Source: an uncultured Planctomycetales bacterium
GTDB lineage: Bacteria; Omnitrophota; Gorgyraeia; Zapsychrales; Fredricksoniimonadaceae
Assembly: GCA_964583975.1 (NCBI GenBank)
Contig: CAZOXU010000002.1
Span: 155,709-219,708 of the forward strand
Length of the DNA: 64,000 nt
Direction of reading: 5' to 3'
Shown: positions 9,095 through 18,005 of the stretch, one piece after another
How positions within the stretch are numbered: the stretch's first letter is position 1
Layout: each line of letters starts with the position of its first letter
The notes under the pieces: generated by a model
Told to the model about the DNA's origin: nothing
What the model saw: only the letters and a program-made list of their open reading frames with translations
Database searches by the model: none
Translations under genes and position numbers: made by a program

Positions 9095-10341
9095 GGATTT
9101 AACTTGAAAATCCCTTTCTCTTGTTGGGTTTTGGATTCTTCCACAATCTCAGCTAGCATTTTGAGCCTGCGACTGTCAGCTTCATTAAGAATAGAATGCA
9201 TACTTTGAGCATATTGACTCAAGCGCTCCCTTTCTTCTTTGAGTACTCGTATCTCATTAAAAACATAGTCTTGGGAACCTTTGAGCAAGGTCTTATACCC
9301 AGGCTCAATCGCTGGATGAAGCATCACCTTATCTAACATCTGAGAAGCTTTTAAATACTGATCAATAGTCTTTAAATAAGCTAAACTCGAGGCTATCTTT
9401 TGAACTGCTAAATACCCCGTTGTCTGATCAAACATGGCGATATTCTTCACTTGAGCTTCAGTCAGAGGCACACCAAATACCGAAAACATTGATAGCTGTT
9501 GCGCATTGACTTCTCTATTAATCTTGTAATCATCCACTATTTGAGTCAAAGTTGATCCAAAATCCTGCCGATACTGGGCAATAAGCTCCCTACTTTCTAA
9601 TCGAGGCCCATAGATATTCACTGAATCGTTACTAACTGTCACCTTAGGTATAATTTGATTAATGATGGTTAAATCTTCGGAATTTTGGTTAACACGATTC
9701 AAAACCTTGCCCGTCACATTGACATTGCCAGAAATATTAAAATTACCGTTCTCAGGATCTTCCAAAGAGGCATAAGGAGTGGAAAAACTACCTTCATGTA
9801 GATAGTCCAAACAATATTCAAAAGCTTGATCTATATCCTCTCTGCCAGAAGTCATGGAGTTCTTTAAACAGTCTAAAATAGCTTGTTTACGAAGTTTAAC
9901 TAAAGGGTCATCCACATTTTTTTCTAAATCTTCGCATTGCTGATAGCGCCTGTTTAATTTTAAGTTTCCTACTGTGTTAAGGTGTTTATAAAGATCGGCT
10001 AAGGTTGGAGAACTGTATTGCCAAACTAAAAGTCTGGATGTGGAAAGCTGTGTCATCAAGGTTTCTAATTCCAGATTGTTAAACTCAGGGCGTACCATTA
10101 GATTCTTTAAACTTTCATGAAAATCATACCTATTACAACCCAAAGAAATCCCACTCCTTCTTAATTCATAATTATTCACCGGGGCAGCAAATGCATTGTA
10201 ATCATAACCGTCACGGTAGTAATAACCCCTTTCATCAGCTGATAGAGCTTGATCCATCTGAGTCTGATTCGGAGATTTAGAAAATACATCAGCAAAAGAA
10301 CACGATGGAATAAATAAAATTAGAATTAATAAGAAAATCAC
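9091..10341 (-). CDS. exported TraH-like protein (F-type T4SS pilus-assembly protein family), tentative
   Basis: 416 aa with a signal peptide. The segment RGYYYRDGYDYNAFAAPVNNYELRRSGISLGCNRYD aligns from memory with F TraH AGYATGGSLYARTQVKNVQLISMTLPDINAGCGGID: same 31-aa spacing to GC, then a GC-x3-D motif. C-terminal coiled-coil as in TraH. From recall only; not confirmed by search. Confidence 0.45.
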   Translation of the reverse strand: MIFLLILILFIPSCSFADVFSKSPNQTQMDQALSADERGYYYRDGYDYNAFAAPVNNYELRRSGISLGCNRYDFHESLKNLMVRPEFNNLELETLMTQLSTSRLLVWQYSSPTLADLYKHLNTVGNLKLNRRYQQCEDLEKNVDDPLVKLRKQAILDCLKNSMTSGREDIDQAFEYCLDYLHEGSFSTPYASLEDPENGNFNISGNVNVTGKVLNRVNQNSEDLTIINQIIPKVTVSNDSVNIYGPRLESRELIAQYRQDFGSTLTQIVDDYKINREVNAQQLSMFSVFGVPLTEAQVKNIAMFDQTTGYLAVQKIASSLAYLKTIDQYLKASQMLDKVMLHPAIEPGYKTLLKGSQDYVFNEIRVLKEERERLSQYAQSMHSILNEADSRRLKMLAEIVEESKTQQEKGIFKLNP

Positions 10342-10667
10342 CTAGGCTCCTGTTCCTTCATAACCCGATCAACAGCTTGTTGGGCTTTAATAATCCTGGC
10401 CACCTTTTGTCGTTGCCATAATAAATAAGCCCTAGCATTTTCTGGAGTGGGAGCCTCAAGTAAGGTCAGCATGGCGGAAGGCGGCATATAGTAGGCAACC
10501 TTACCATCGGCTCCTATGGTAGGATCTCTAAAATCAAATTCTTGCTTGGTTTCTGCCTTGGAAGCACCAATCTTACGATCAAAATAATCCAATGAACCCA
10601 TCTTATAGGGGTTGGCAGCATAGCTATTACTGGACATGATCCAAATTAAAATGAAGCAAATCCACAT
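10338..10667 (-). CDS. small exported protein (109 aa), possibly the N-terminal part of a TraF/TrbB-like protein
   Basis: Signal peptide MWICFILIWIMSSNSYA. Overlaps both flanking genes (4 nt and 41 nt). Combined with the next ORF the length is ~260 aa, which is TraF-like. Confidence 0.45.
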   Translation of the reverse strand: MWICFILIWIMSSNSYAANPYKMGSLDYFDRKIGASKAETKQEFDFRDPTIGADGKVAYYMPPSAMLTLLEAPTPENARAYLLWQRQKVARIIKAQQAVDRVMKEQEPR

Positions 10668-11163
10668 AACCCTTTATCCTTTGAGTTTTTCCATGATCCA
10701 TAATGATATAGGTTGGCGTTTGGCCAATTTCATATTTATTGGCCAATGCATTCTTGAAATCTAATGTGTACTCCAGATCTTTAGGAAAACCTCTTCCTTG
10801 GGAGCGGAAATATTCTATAAACTCTTTAACTGTAGACATGACATATACCTGGATAGCCCAATCAGCATGCTTTCTTTTAAGACTTCCTAGATCATGGATG
10901 GCTTTCTTACACCAAGAACATTGCGGATCAATAAACAACAAGATTTTTTTCGTATCAGATTTATTCTGTACGGCACTTACGATAGATTTTTTAGAATTAT
11001 TAGTACAATGTTCGCAGGTCGTCTTTAGAAAAATATCTCTAGAGTTAAAGATGGTTTCTTGGGCCCAGGACAACTCATTTGAGTTCCAATAAACCAAAAT
11101 CCCAAAAATTACCCTAAATACAACAGCTGCGTTGATGCCAGTAAATCCAAACATAATGACCAT
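10627..11163 (-). CDS. thioredoxin-fold thiol:disulfide oxidoreductase (TraF/TrbB/DsbA-like), CxxC active site
   Basis: LLFIDPQCSWCKK is the classic thioredoxin motif. A second CEHC pair lies upstream. N-terminal hydrophobic segment. Confidence 0.6.
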   Translation of the reverse strand: MVIMFGFTGINAAVVFRVIFGILVYWNSNELSWAQETIFNSRDIFLKTTCEHCTNNSKKSIVSAVQNKSDTKKILLFIDPQCSWCKKAIHDLGSLKRKHADWAIQVYVMSTVKEFIEYFRSQGRGFPKDLEYTLDFKNALANKYEIGQTPTYIIMDHGKTQRIKGYVDLLHFNLDHVQ

Positions 11164-12019
11164 CCTTAGATTGCTTACCCTGTTCCAAAAGTGCTGGATT
11201 CTCTCCTATAGGAAAACAAGCAGTCTTTTGGGGAAAAACCATCTGTACCTTATCAATGCGAAGATTGGGCTTGAAATCTAACCTTGATTCAATAACATTA
11301 GCTGAGAAAGTTTCCCCTGCCAGACTTATAGAACGAAGAGCATCTACAATTGAGGCCACAGGCGCACTAGGAGTTATGACAAATCCCTGCCTCGGGTAAA
11401 GCGGCCCCCAATCTTTCATACATTGATCTTCGGCTCCTATAGGTAGATTATGACATTGCCCTCCTATCCGTGCTGCAACTAGACTCTGAGGATGCTTCTT
11501 CTCTATATCTGCTCTTCTCCAGGAAATACTATCTGCTTCGGAAAGATACCGAATCCCCAAGGTCCGATTAGGAATATCTGAGCAAACAGCATCTTCAAAG
11601 ATTTCACCTAATGGATAATCATAAAGGTGGACTTCATTAAATTGCAAATTGCTAGAACTTAAACTTTGAGAAGAACTGCCACTGGTAACCTTTAAATCTT
11701 TAAGACCATTTATCAATTCAAGTTCTTTCTGAGCCACCCGTTTAGTCAGCCCTTCCAAAGGAATCCCATATTCAGCAATGGTGTAATCTCCTGGCATTTT
11801 GACAGTTTCCATAAATAATTCTGGCTGCCAATAACGGATTTTGATCCCAATGGGAAATTCTAGACGTTCTGGTTTGGGACACACCCCTTCAAACCTAATC
11901 TGTAAACATTGAAAGTCTGCTTGGAGGGATAATTCCGTAATACTTTTCTTAAGTGAACTTGTTTCTTCTTGAGCAGCAGCGGGCAATACCAATATAAACA
12001 AAAGAACGAATATTCTCAT
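11114..12019 (-). CDS. exported TraU-like protein (F-type T4SS periplasmic protein family), tentative
   Basis: 301 aa with signal peptide MRIFVLLFILVLPAAAQ and ~9 Cys. From memory, YWQPELFMETVKMPGDY / HLYDYPLGEIF...IRYLSEADSISW / WIYWHQRSCCI align with F TraU GYWEPMALTDVTRSPGCM / HWYKYPLTYWL...IAYLSEIDPTWT / YLMWRKRNCVFL. Not confirmed by search. Confidence 0.5.
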   Translation of the reverse strand: MRIFVLLFILVLPAAAQEETSSLKKSITELSLQADFQCLQIRFEGVCPKPERLEFPIGIKIRYWQPELFMETVKMPGDYTIAEYGIPLEGLTKRVAQKELELINGLKDLKVTSGSSSQSLSSSNLQFNEVHLYDYPLGEIFEDAVCSDIPNRTLGIRYLSEADSISWRRADIEKKHPQSLVAARIGGQCHNLPIGAEDQCMKDWGPLYPRQGFVITPSAPVASIVDALRSISLAGETFSANVIESRLDFKPNLRIDKVQMVFPQKTACFPIGENPALLEQGKQSKDGHYVWIYWHQRSCCI

Positions 12020-12873
12020 AATTTTATAATAAAGGCCAACGCATAAAATGGTGGCACATGGAAATCATTAGATATGGGATGCGAGTGTGGCTGGTCATTG
12101 CCTAAGGTGTTTGTATTCATTGTTCCTGTTAAAGCAGCTTGAGGATCAATTTTGATATAGGTTGGACCACCTGGTTGAAAGGTTGAATCATTAGTATTAA
12201 CTGTAAAATGGTGACTCGGCATTTCAGCAATCGTCAGAATATGGGGACCTGTCTGTCCTCCATGATGATGTGTTACCGAGCCACCTACAGATAGCGGGTT
12301 TCCCATAATATTGCTTTGAGCAATGCCAGCAATATCCTGTCTCGCTCCCACAATAAATTTATCACGAAGATCAGGCGTACCATTACTTCCATCACACAAA
12401 GCCCATCCAGTGGGAATATTAGCAATGGCCCCAGACCAGGCCACAATAACCCCCGAGGCAAGACTTGCTGATCCTAAAGATGAAATTGTACTAGAGACAT
12501 TGCTTCCATTAACTACCGCGGCAGGTAAATGACTAGCTACCAAATTTGCCCATTGTGAAGGAACATCGCTACTTACCGTCATCTGCAGACTGCTACTCGA
12601 AATTAAATACGCATTATGCCAAGGATTAAGCGCGTTCCATTGGGAATTTAAATATCCTTGAGACTGCATAGTTGGAATATCTACAGGCCAAACATGGTGA
12701 TCCACATAATAATTTCTGCCTGCTTCTTGAAGCATGGCCATTTCCAAAGCTGTTTTCTCACCAGCACGAATTTGAACTGAACGAATAGCTACAGGTATTA
12801 TAGAAGATGCTAATACAGCCATAACGCCCATAACAATAGACAGCTCTATAAGAGAAAAAGCACGCTTGTTCAT
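12016..12873 (-). CDS. type IV pilin N-terminal domain fused to a phage tail-collar (MdpB-like) domain
   Basis: N-terminus MNKRA|FSLIELSIVMGVMAVLA (prepilin cleavage/methylation motif, Glu+5). C-terminal half VAWSGAIANIPTGWALCDGSNGTPDLRDKFIVGA ... HHHGG ... PPFYALAFIIKL matches the tail-collar domain signature (G.W..CDG ... PPY.ALAFIMK). Confidence 0.7.
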   Translation of the reverse strand: MNKRAFSLIELSIVMGVMAVLASSIIPVAIRSVQIRAGEKTALEMAMLQEAGRNYYVDHHVWPVDIPTMQSQGYLNSQWNALNPWHNAYLISSSSLQMTVSSDVPSQWANLVASHLPAAVVNGSNVSSTISSLGSASLASGVIVAWSGAIANIPTGWALCDGSNGTPDLRDKFIVGARQDIAGIAQSNIMGNPLSVGGSVTHHHGGQTGPHILTIAEMPSHHFTVNTNDSTFQPGGPTYIKIDPQAALTGTMNTNTLGNDQPHSHPISNDFHVPPFYALAFIIKL

Positions 12874-13012
12874 GGAATTTCTTTCTTAAGGGGGAGATTT
12901 TAAGACTTTATTCGATGGGGAATCGAATGTTTGATGAATAATCAAACTTAATCACATATTACAAATAAAAATAAATTTGTCAACAGCAATTAATTCACAC
13001 ATTGATTTTTAA

Positions 13013-13873
13013 TCAAGCATGTGGATGAGCTTGATCGTAAACCTTCTTGAGCTTATCAGTGGTCAGGTGAGTATAAATCTGTGTTGTAGATAAATTAACA
13101 TGCCCCAAAAGCTCTTGAACTGAGCGCAAATCAGCACCATGATTCAATAAATGAGTAGCAAATGAATGACGAAACATGTGCGGAGTCACATGCTGAACCA
13201 TAGCCTCTTTAAGAACATATTTATTAATAATATTACATACACTTCGTGCTGTTAAACGCGTACCGCTTTTATTGAGAAAAAGTGTCTCTTTTTGATGTGA
13301 TCGCTTTTCTGTATATTCTTTAATGGCTTCAAGAGCTTTATCACCAATGGGAACTAATCTCTCTTTTCTTCCCTTTCCCATGACCCTAATAATATTGCCA
13401 ATAAAATCTACATCTTCAAGATCAAGTCCTACAAGTTCACTAACCCGGATGCCTGTAGAATAAAGCGTTTCAAAAATAGCCTTATCTCTTAGATTACTAA
13501 TTTTATCTGTTGAAGGAGATTCAATAATTTGTGTCGCCTCCTGTTCACTTAAAAAATGTGGCAGGGGTTTGTCTAGCTTGGGTGTTACCAAAAGACTGGC
13601 TGGATTGGTTGAAACAATCTTCTCACGTTGTAAATATCTAAAGAAACTCCTTAAAGAAGAAAGTTTGCGCGCCACCGAACGAGGCTTCAAATTCTTAGTC
13701 CTCATCTGGGCCAAAAATCTTCTTAATGTCGTATAATTTACTTTTTCTAAAGGTACTTCAGTTAAAAAAACTAGGAATTCTTCTAGATCTATTTTGTAAT
13801 TAAGCAAGGTATGCTGGGAATAATTCTTTTCAACTTCTAGATAGGAAAGGAATTTCTCTAGATATTTTTTCAT
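13013..13873 (-). CDS. tyrosine site-specific recombinase XerC/XerD family
   Basis: 286 aa. RHSFATHLLNHGADLRSVQELLGH...TQIYTH catalytic motifs. Confidence 0.85.
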   Translation of the reverse strand: MKKYLEKFLSYLEVEKNYSQHTLLNYKIDLEEFLVFLTEVPLEKVNYTTLRRFLAQMRTKNLKPRSVARKLSSLRSFFRYLQREKIVSTNPASLLVTPKLDKPLPHFLSEQEATQIIESPSTDKISNLRDKAIFETLYSTGIRVSELVGLDLEDVDFIGNIIRVMGKGRKERLVPIGDKALEAIKEYTEKRSHQKETLFLNKSGTRLTARSVCNIINKYVLKEAMVQHVTPHMFRHSFATHLLNHGADLRSVQELLGHVNLSTTQIYTHLTTDKLKKVYDQAHPHA

Positions 13874-15837
13874 TGATTAACAACAGGAAGTTTATTAGCT
13901 ATAAATTTACATTCTGGAAAACGGCTACAACCATAAAAGGTATTACCTCTCATCGCACGACGCTCAACCAATTTTCCCGTACAACCAGGTTGTTGGCAAG
14001 GAACATCTGTGGTAAATGGTTCAGCATGTTTGCAATCCGGAAATCCAGTACAGCTAATAAATCTTCCGCGACGTCCCCATTTAATAGCTAAGGGTTTGCC
14101 GCATAATGGACAATTACGATCAATGGTAGCATGGGTCTTTTGGATATTAGCATCTGCATGTTCTAATTCCTCCTTAAACGGCCCATAAAATTCTTTAAGA
14201 ACAATCTCATATTTTGTACTACCTTCTTCAATTAAATCCAGCTCTTCTTCCATATGGGAAGTAAAACTAATATCCATAATCTTTTTAAAATATTCCATCA
14301 AAAGAGTACAAATCTTAATCCCCAAATCAGTAGCATCAAAATACCCACGATCACGCAACACATAGTTACGAGCCACCAAGGTCCCGATAATAGAAGCATA
14401 GGTACTTGGACGGCCAATCCCATTTTCTTCTAACGCCTTAACTAAACTAGCTTCGGAATACCTGGCAGGTGGTTTAGTAAAATGCTGAGTTGCCTTAACT
14501 TCTTTTAAATCTAAATTATCCCCTTTAGTATATAAAGAAGGATCGAGCTTGCCTTCTTCTTGTTCGTCAGCATCTTTATACACAGACAAATACCCTGCAA
14601 AACTTAAGATTGACCCCGAAGCTCCAAAGGTAAATCGACCAGCCCCCACTTCAATCTTAGTCTGGTCAAAAATGGCTTGGGTCATCTGACAGGCAATGAA
14701 TCGCTTATGGATCAAATCATAAAGACGGAATTGATCTTCGGTTAAATACTTTTTAACATCCTCAGGCTTTCGATGGACATCGGTTGGGCGAATAGCTTCG
14801 TGAGCTTCCTGAGCATTCTTTTTGGATTTAAATTTATTAGGCTCTTCTGGTAGAAATTTAGCTCCATACTCTTTTTTAATATAAGACCGCACTTTTTCTA
14901 AAGCTTCATTGGCGATATTAACTGAATCCGTACGCATATAGGTAATAAGACCAACCGCCTCCTCATCACCTATTTCCACACCTTCATAAAGAGTTTGAGC
15001 AACCGACATTGTGCGGTTCGTGTTGAAGCCTAATTTACCAAAAGCTTCCTGCTGCAAAGTACTAGTAATAAATGGTGGCGGAGCATTACGTTTAACTTGC
15101 TTCTTATTAATAGCATCAACTTTAAATGACTGCGCTTTAATTTCTTTGACAGTATCTTGAGTCTGACTCTCTGTATTTAAATCAATTTTCTTGCCATCAA
15201 TTTTCTCTAGAGCGGCTGTAAGAATATCCTTAATCCCCTTTTTCTGAAGATCGACAGCGATCTGCCAATATTCTTGAGGGACAAAGTTCTTGATCTGCGC
15301 ATCACGCTCAACGATCAAACGTAATGCCACAGACTGCACTCTACCTGCACTCAAACGTGAACCAACCTTTTTCCATAAAACAGGAGAGATCTGATAACCT
15401 ACGATACGATCTAAAACACGACGAGCATTTTGGGCATCAACTTTCTTACGATCAAATTCTCTAGGATGTTCAAAAGCTTTTTTAACGGCTTCCTTAGTAA
15501 TTTCATTAAAAACAACACGTAAGACCTTTTTACCCTTCCCGATATGTTCAATCAAATTCCAGCCGATAGCCTCACCTTCACGGTCAGGATCAGTTGCTAT
15601 ATAAATCTCTTCAACCCCTTTGGCCTCTTCTTTGAGTTTCTTTAAAGTCTTCATCTTATCGCGGACGACAATAAATTGAGGATTAAAATCAGCTTCCAAA
15701 TCGACACCTAATTTAGACTTAGGCAAATCAATTAAATGCCCCATAGAAGCAGTGACTTTAAATTTCGTACCCAGAAATTTATTAATCGTCTTAACTTTGG
15801 CGGGAGACTCTACGATAACTAATGCTTTTGCAGCCAT
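13870..15837 (-). CDS. topA: DNA topoisomerase I with C-terminal Zn-ribbon repeats
   Basis: 655 aa. TOPRIM N-terminus (LVIVESPAKVKTI), type IA core. C-terminal CPLCGK / CTGFPDC / CSRFPEC zinc ribbons. Confidence 0.9.
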   Translation of the reverse strand: MAAKALVIVESPAKVKTINKFLGTKFKVTASMGHLIDLPKSKLGVDLEADFNPQFIVVRDKMKTLKKLKEEAKGVEEIYIATDPDREGEAIGWNLIEHIGKGKKVLRVVFNEITKEAVKKAFEHPREFDRKKVDAQNARRVLDRIVGYQISPVLWKKVGSRLSAGRVQSVALRLIVERDAQIKNFVPQEYWQIAVDLQKKGIKDILTAALEKIDGKKIDLNTESQTQDTVKEIKAQSFKVDAINKKQVKRNAPPPFITSTLQQEAFGKLGFNTNRTMSVAQTLYEGVEIGDEEAVGLITYMRTDSVNIANEALEKVRSYIKKEYGAKFLPEEPNKFKSKKNAQEAHEAIRPTDVHRKPEDVKKYLTEDQFRLYDLIHKRFIACQMTQAIFDQTKIEVGAGRFTFGASGSILSFAGYLSVYKDADEQEEGKLDPSLYTKGDNLDLKEVKATQHFTKPPARYSEASLVKALEENGIGRPSTYASIIGTLVARNYVLRDRGYFDATDLGIKICTLLMEYFKKIMDISFTSHMEEELDLIEEGSTKYEIVLKEFYGPFKEELEHADANIQKTHATIDRNCPLCGKPLAIKWGRRGRFISCTGFPDCKHAEPFTTDVPCQQPGCTGKLVERRAMRGNTFYGCSRFPECKFIANKLPVVNQ

Positions 15838-15843
15838 ATAAAA

Positions 15844-16935
15844 TTATATCCGTATGTAATATTGTCCTGGTAATTGCTTAATTACCCCTTTAAGTTCCAA
15901 GTTTAACATCTGCCCCATCAAACTACCAATATCTTGATCACTGCGAGCAGAAATCAAATCAATATGACTTGGAACACTTTCTATCAGCTCATAAATTTTA
16001 TATTCTTCCACAGATAAAGAAACATGTATTTTCTCTTTTTTTGCCTCAACTTCTAATTCTGACTGGATTATAACGCCAATTTCTTCCAGCACATCTTGTG
16101 CCGATAAGGCAATTTTAGCCCCTTCTTTGATAAGTAAATTGGTTCCTCCAGAAGAAACGCTGTCTATATTGCCTGGTACGACAAAAACATCTTTGTTTTG
16201 TCCTAGCGCATAATCTACCGTAATTAAAGCCCCACTTCTTAATGCTGCTTCGATCACTACGGTGGCCATACTCAGTCCACTGATAATACGATTTCTGCGT
16301 GGAAAATTATAAGTTAAAGGAGCTGTATCCATAGGAAACTCTGAAACAAGTAGCCCCTCTTGTCCGATAGACTCAAATAATTTAGTGTTTTCTTTTGGAT
16401 AGATATGATTTAAACCACATCCCAACACAGCTACCGTTTTCCCCTTACCCTGCAGTGCACCTTGATGACTTGCAGCATCCACACCCAGGGCCAACCCAGA
16501 GACTACTGCAATACCCGCCTTGGCAAATGTGCTAGCAAATTCATGTGACACTTTTAATCCATAGTAACTAGCTTTGCGCGAACCAACCAAAGCAATGGAT
16601 GGAGCAGTTAGAAGACTCGTATCTCCTTTTACGTAAAGAACAATAGGAGCTCCAGAAATTGTTCTTAAAGATTCAGGATATGCTTCATCTAAAATAGTTA
16701 TAAACTTAACCCCTACTTGTTGCATCCGCCTATATTCTTCTTCCAAGAATTTATGTTTTGGAAAATAAACAATATTCATTACTAAATTCTGATTTAGACC
16801 TAATTCCAATAAGGCAGGCTGTTGCTGTAATAATATTTGTTCGGCAGAACCAAAAGTAGAAATAAGTTTCTTTATGCCAGGCCCTGTTAAACCAGGGATG
16901 GCATTTAAAACTAACAACGCTTCTTGTTGTGTCAT
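15844..16935 (-). CDS. dprA: DNA processing protein DprA (Smf)
   Basis: 363 aa. Rossmann-like DprA core (ALVGSRKAS.YG...GLALGVDAASH..AL). Conserved dprA-topA adjacency. Confidence 0.85.
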   Translation of the reverse strand: MTQQEALLVLNAIPGLTGPGIKKLISTFGSAEQILLQQQPALLELGLNQNLVMNIVYFPKHKFLEEEYRRMQQVGVKFITILDEAYPESLRTISGAPIVLYVKGDTSLLTAPSIALVGSRKASYYGLKVSHEFASTFAKAGIAVVSGLALGVDAASHQGALQGKGKTVAVLGCGLNHIYPKENTKLFESIGQEGLLVSEFPMDTAPLTYNFPRRNRIISGLSMATVVIEAALRSGALITVDYALGQNKDVFVVPGNIDSVSSGGTNLLIKEGAKIALSAQDVLEEIGVIIQSELEVEAKKEKIHVSLSVEEYKIYELIESVPSHIDLISARSDQDIGSLMGQMLNLELKGVIKQLPGQYYIRI

Positions 16936-17450
16936 AGAAAAAGTTTCTTGAGTATTTGTGCAACCACGATATCCATTGAAGGATTAGAGGCATTGATCGT
17001 AAAATCAGCCTGGTTGTAGAGGGGAATTCTTTTCTTTAGAATCTCTTTGATCTTATCCTGGGGATTAGGACCGCTGATCAAAGGACGAGTTTTATCACCT
17101 TTAAGACGATTATAAATGATGCGAGGCGTGGTTTTCAAATAAAAAATAATTCCATTAATCTTCAGAAGCTTTATGTTCTTGGGATTAACGACTACTCCTC
17201 CGCCACAATCAATAATCACACCCTTCTTGGTAGCTAGCTTCTTAATTTGAGCATGCTCTAACTGTCGAAAGAAAGACCAACCTTTGGCTTCAACTATTTT
17301 AGCAATCGTCCGTTTTTGTCCAGCTTCAATGAGCTTGTCTGTTGAGTATGACTTAACCTTAAGCTCTTTAGAGAGAGCTTTAGCCACCATTGATTTGCCT
17401 GACCCCATAAAACCAATTAAAACAATATTCTTTATTAACTTTTTCTTCAT
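16932..17450 (-). CDS. aroK: shikimate kinase
   Basis: P-loop GFMGSGKS. Start placed at MKKKLIKNIVLIGFMGSGKS (17450). The N-terminal extension in the ORF track is unlikely. Confidence 0.8.
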   Translation of the reverse strand: MKKKLIKNIVLIGFMGSGKSMVAKALSKELKVKSYSTDKLIEAGQKRTIAKIVEAKGWSFFRQLEHAQIKKLATKKGVIIDCGGGVVVNPKNIKLLKINGIIFYLKTTPRIIYNRLKGDKTRPLISGPNPQDKIKEILKKRIPLYNQADFTINASNPSMDIVVAQILKKLFL

Positions 17451-17641
17451 AAGACTCGAGATCGGGTAGGAATAATAAACCACATAAGGAGATATAATAA
17501 TAAACCAAAGCCACAAAATATAATCCCCAAAGCAAAAGCTATACGAACAAAGGAGGAGTCTATTTTAAAATATTCTGCAACACCACCACATACACCTGCT
17601 ATTTTACGGTCGTTTTCTGATCGATAGAGTTTCTTGTTCAT
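17447..17641 (-). CDS. PspC-domain small membrane protein
   Basis: 64 aa. KIAGVCGGVAEYFKIDSSFVRIAFAL is the PspC signature, followed by a TM helix. Confidence 0.7.
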   Translation of the reverse strand: MNKKLYRSENDRKIAGVCGGVAEYFKIDSSFVRIAFALGIIFCGFGLLLYLLMWFIIPTRSRVL

Positions 17642-18005
17642 TGTTTATCCCCTTTTCTTGGGACGGATTAGGAACATCTAAGCTCGCTATTGCCAACCCA
17701 CCTTCACTTGAAAAAATTTGAATATCCAGATGATCGCCTGGATTTGCAGCATAAGGAATGTTTCCTATAAACTTGCTTGGAGAATACTGGCGCGGAAAAG
17801 TAAAATTCTGAGATTCTTTTTGATTATTTGCTATGATCGTAACCAAACGAACATAATACCGATCCATTCGATCTGTTGGATGATCAGCTTCGATATGAAG
17901 TATTTGCGTATCAGGATTATAATCGACTTGAACATTTGTGGCAGGCGATGCCCAGGAGTTTGTATGAATAAAGATTCCCCATATAAGGATTAGCAAAAAT
18001 CTCAT
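17604..18005 (-). CDS. exported hypothetical protein (133 aa)
   Basis: Signal peptide. Overlaps pilD by 4 nt, so co-transcribed. No recognised family. Confidence 0.45.
   Translation of the reverse strand: MRFLLILIWGIFIHTNSWASPATNVQVDYNPDTQILHIEADHPTDRMDRYYVRLVTIIANNQKESQNFTFPRQYSPSKFIGNIPYAANPGDHLDIQIFSSEGGLAIASLDVPNPSQEKGINNEQETLSIRKRP

Noticed and set aside
9091-12019. Interpretation as a complete conjugative T4SS
   Set aside because: Only periplasmic F-type accessory homologs are present. No VirB4/TraC, TraD, relaxase, TraB/K/V or TraG-like genes in 64 kb. Flanks are core housekeeping genes.
16751-16993. 80-aa ORF bridging dprA/aroK
   Set aside because: Overlaps two supported genes. The N-terminal extension of aroK in the track was also rejected in favour of the MKKKL start.
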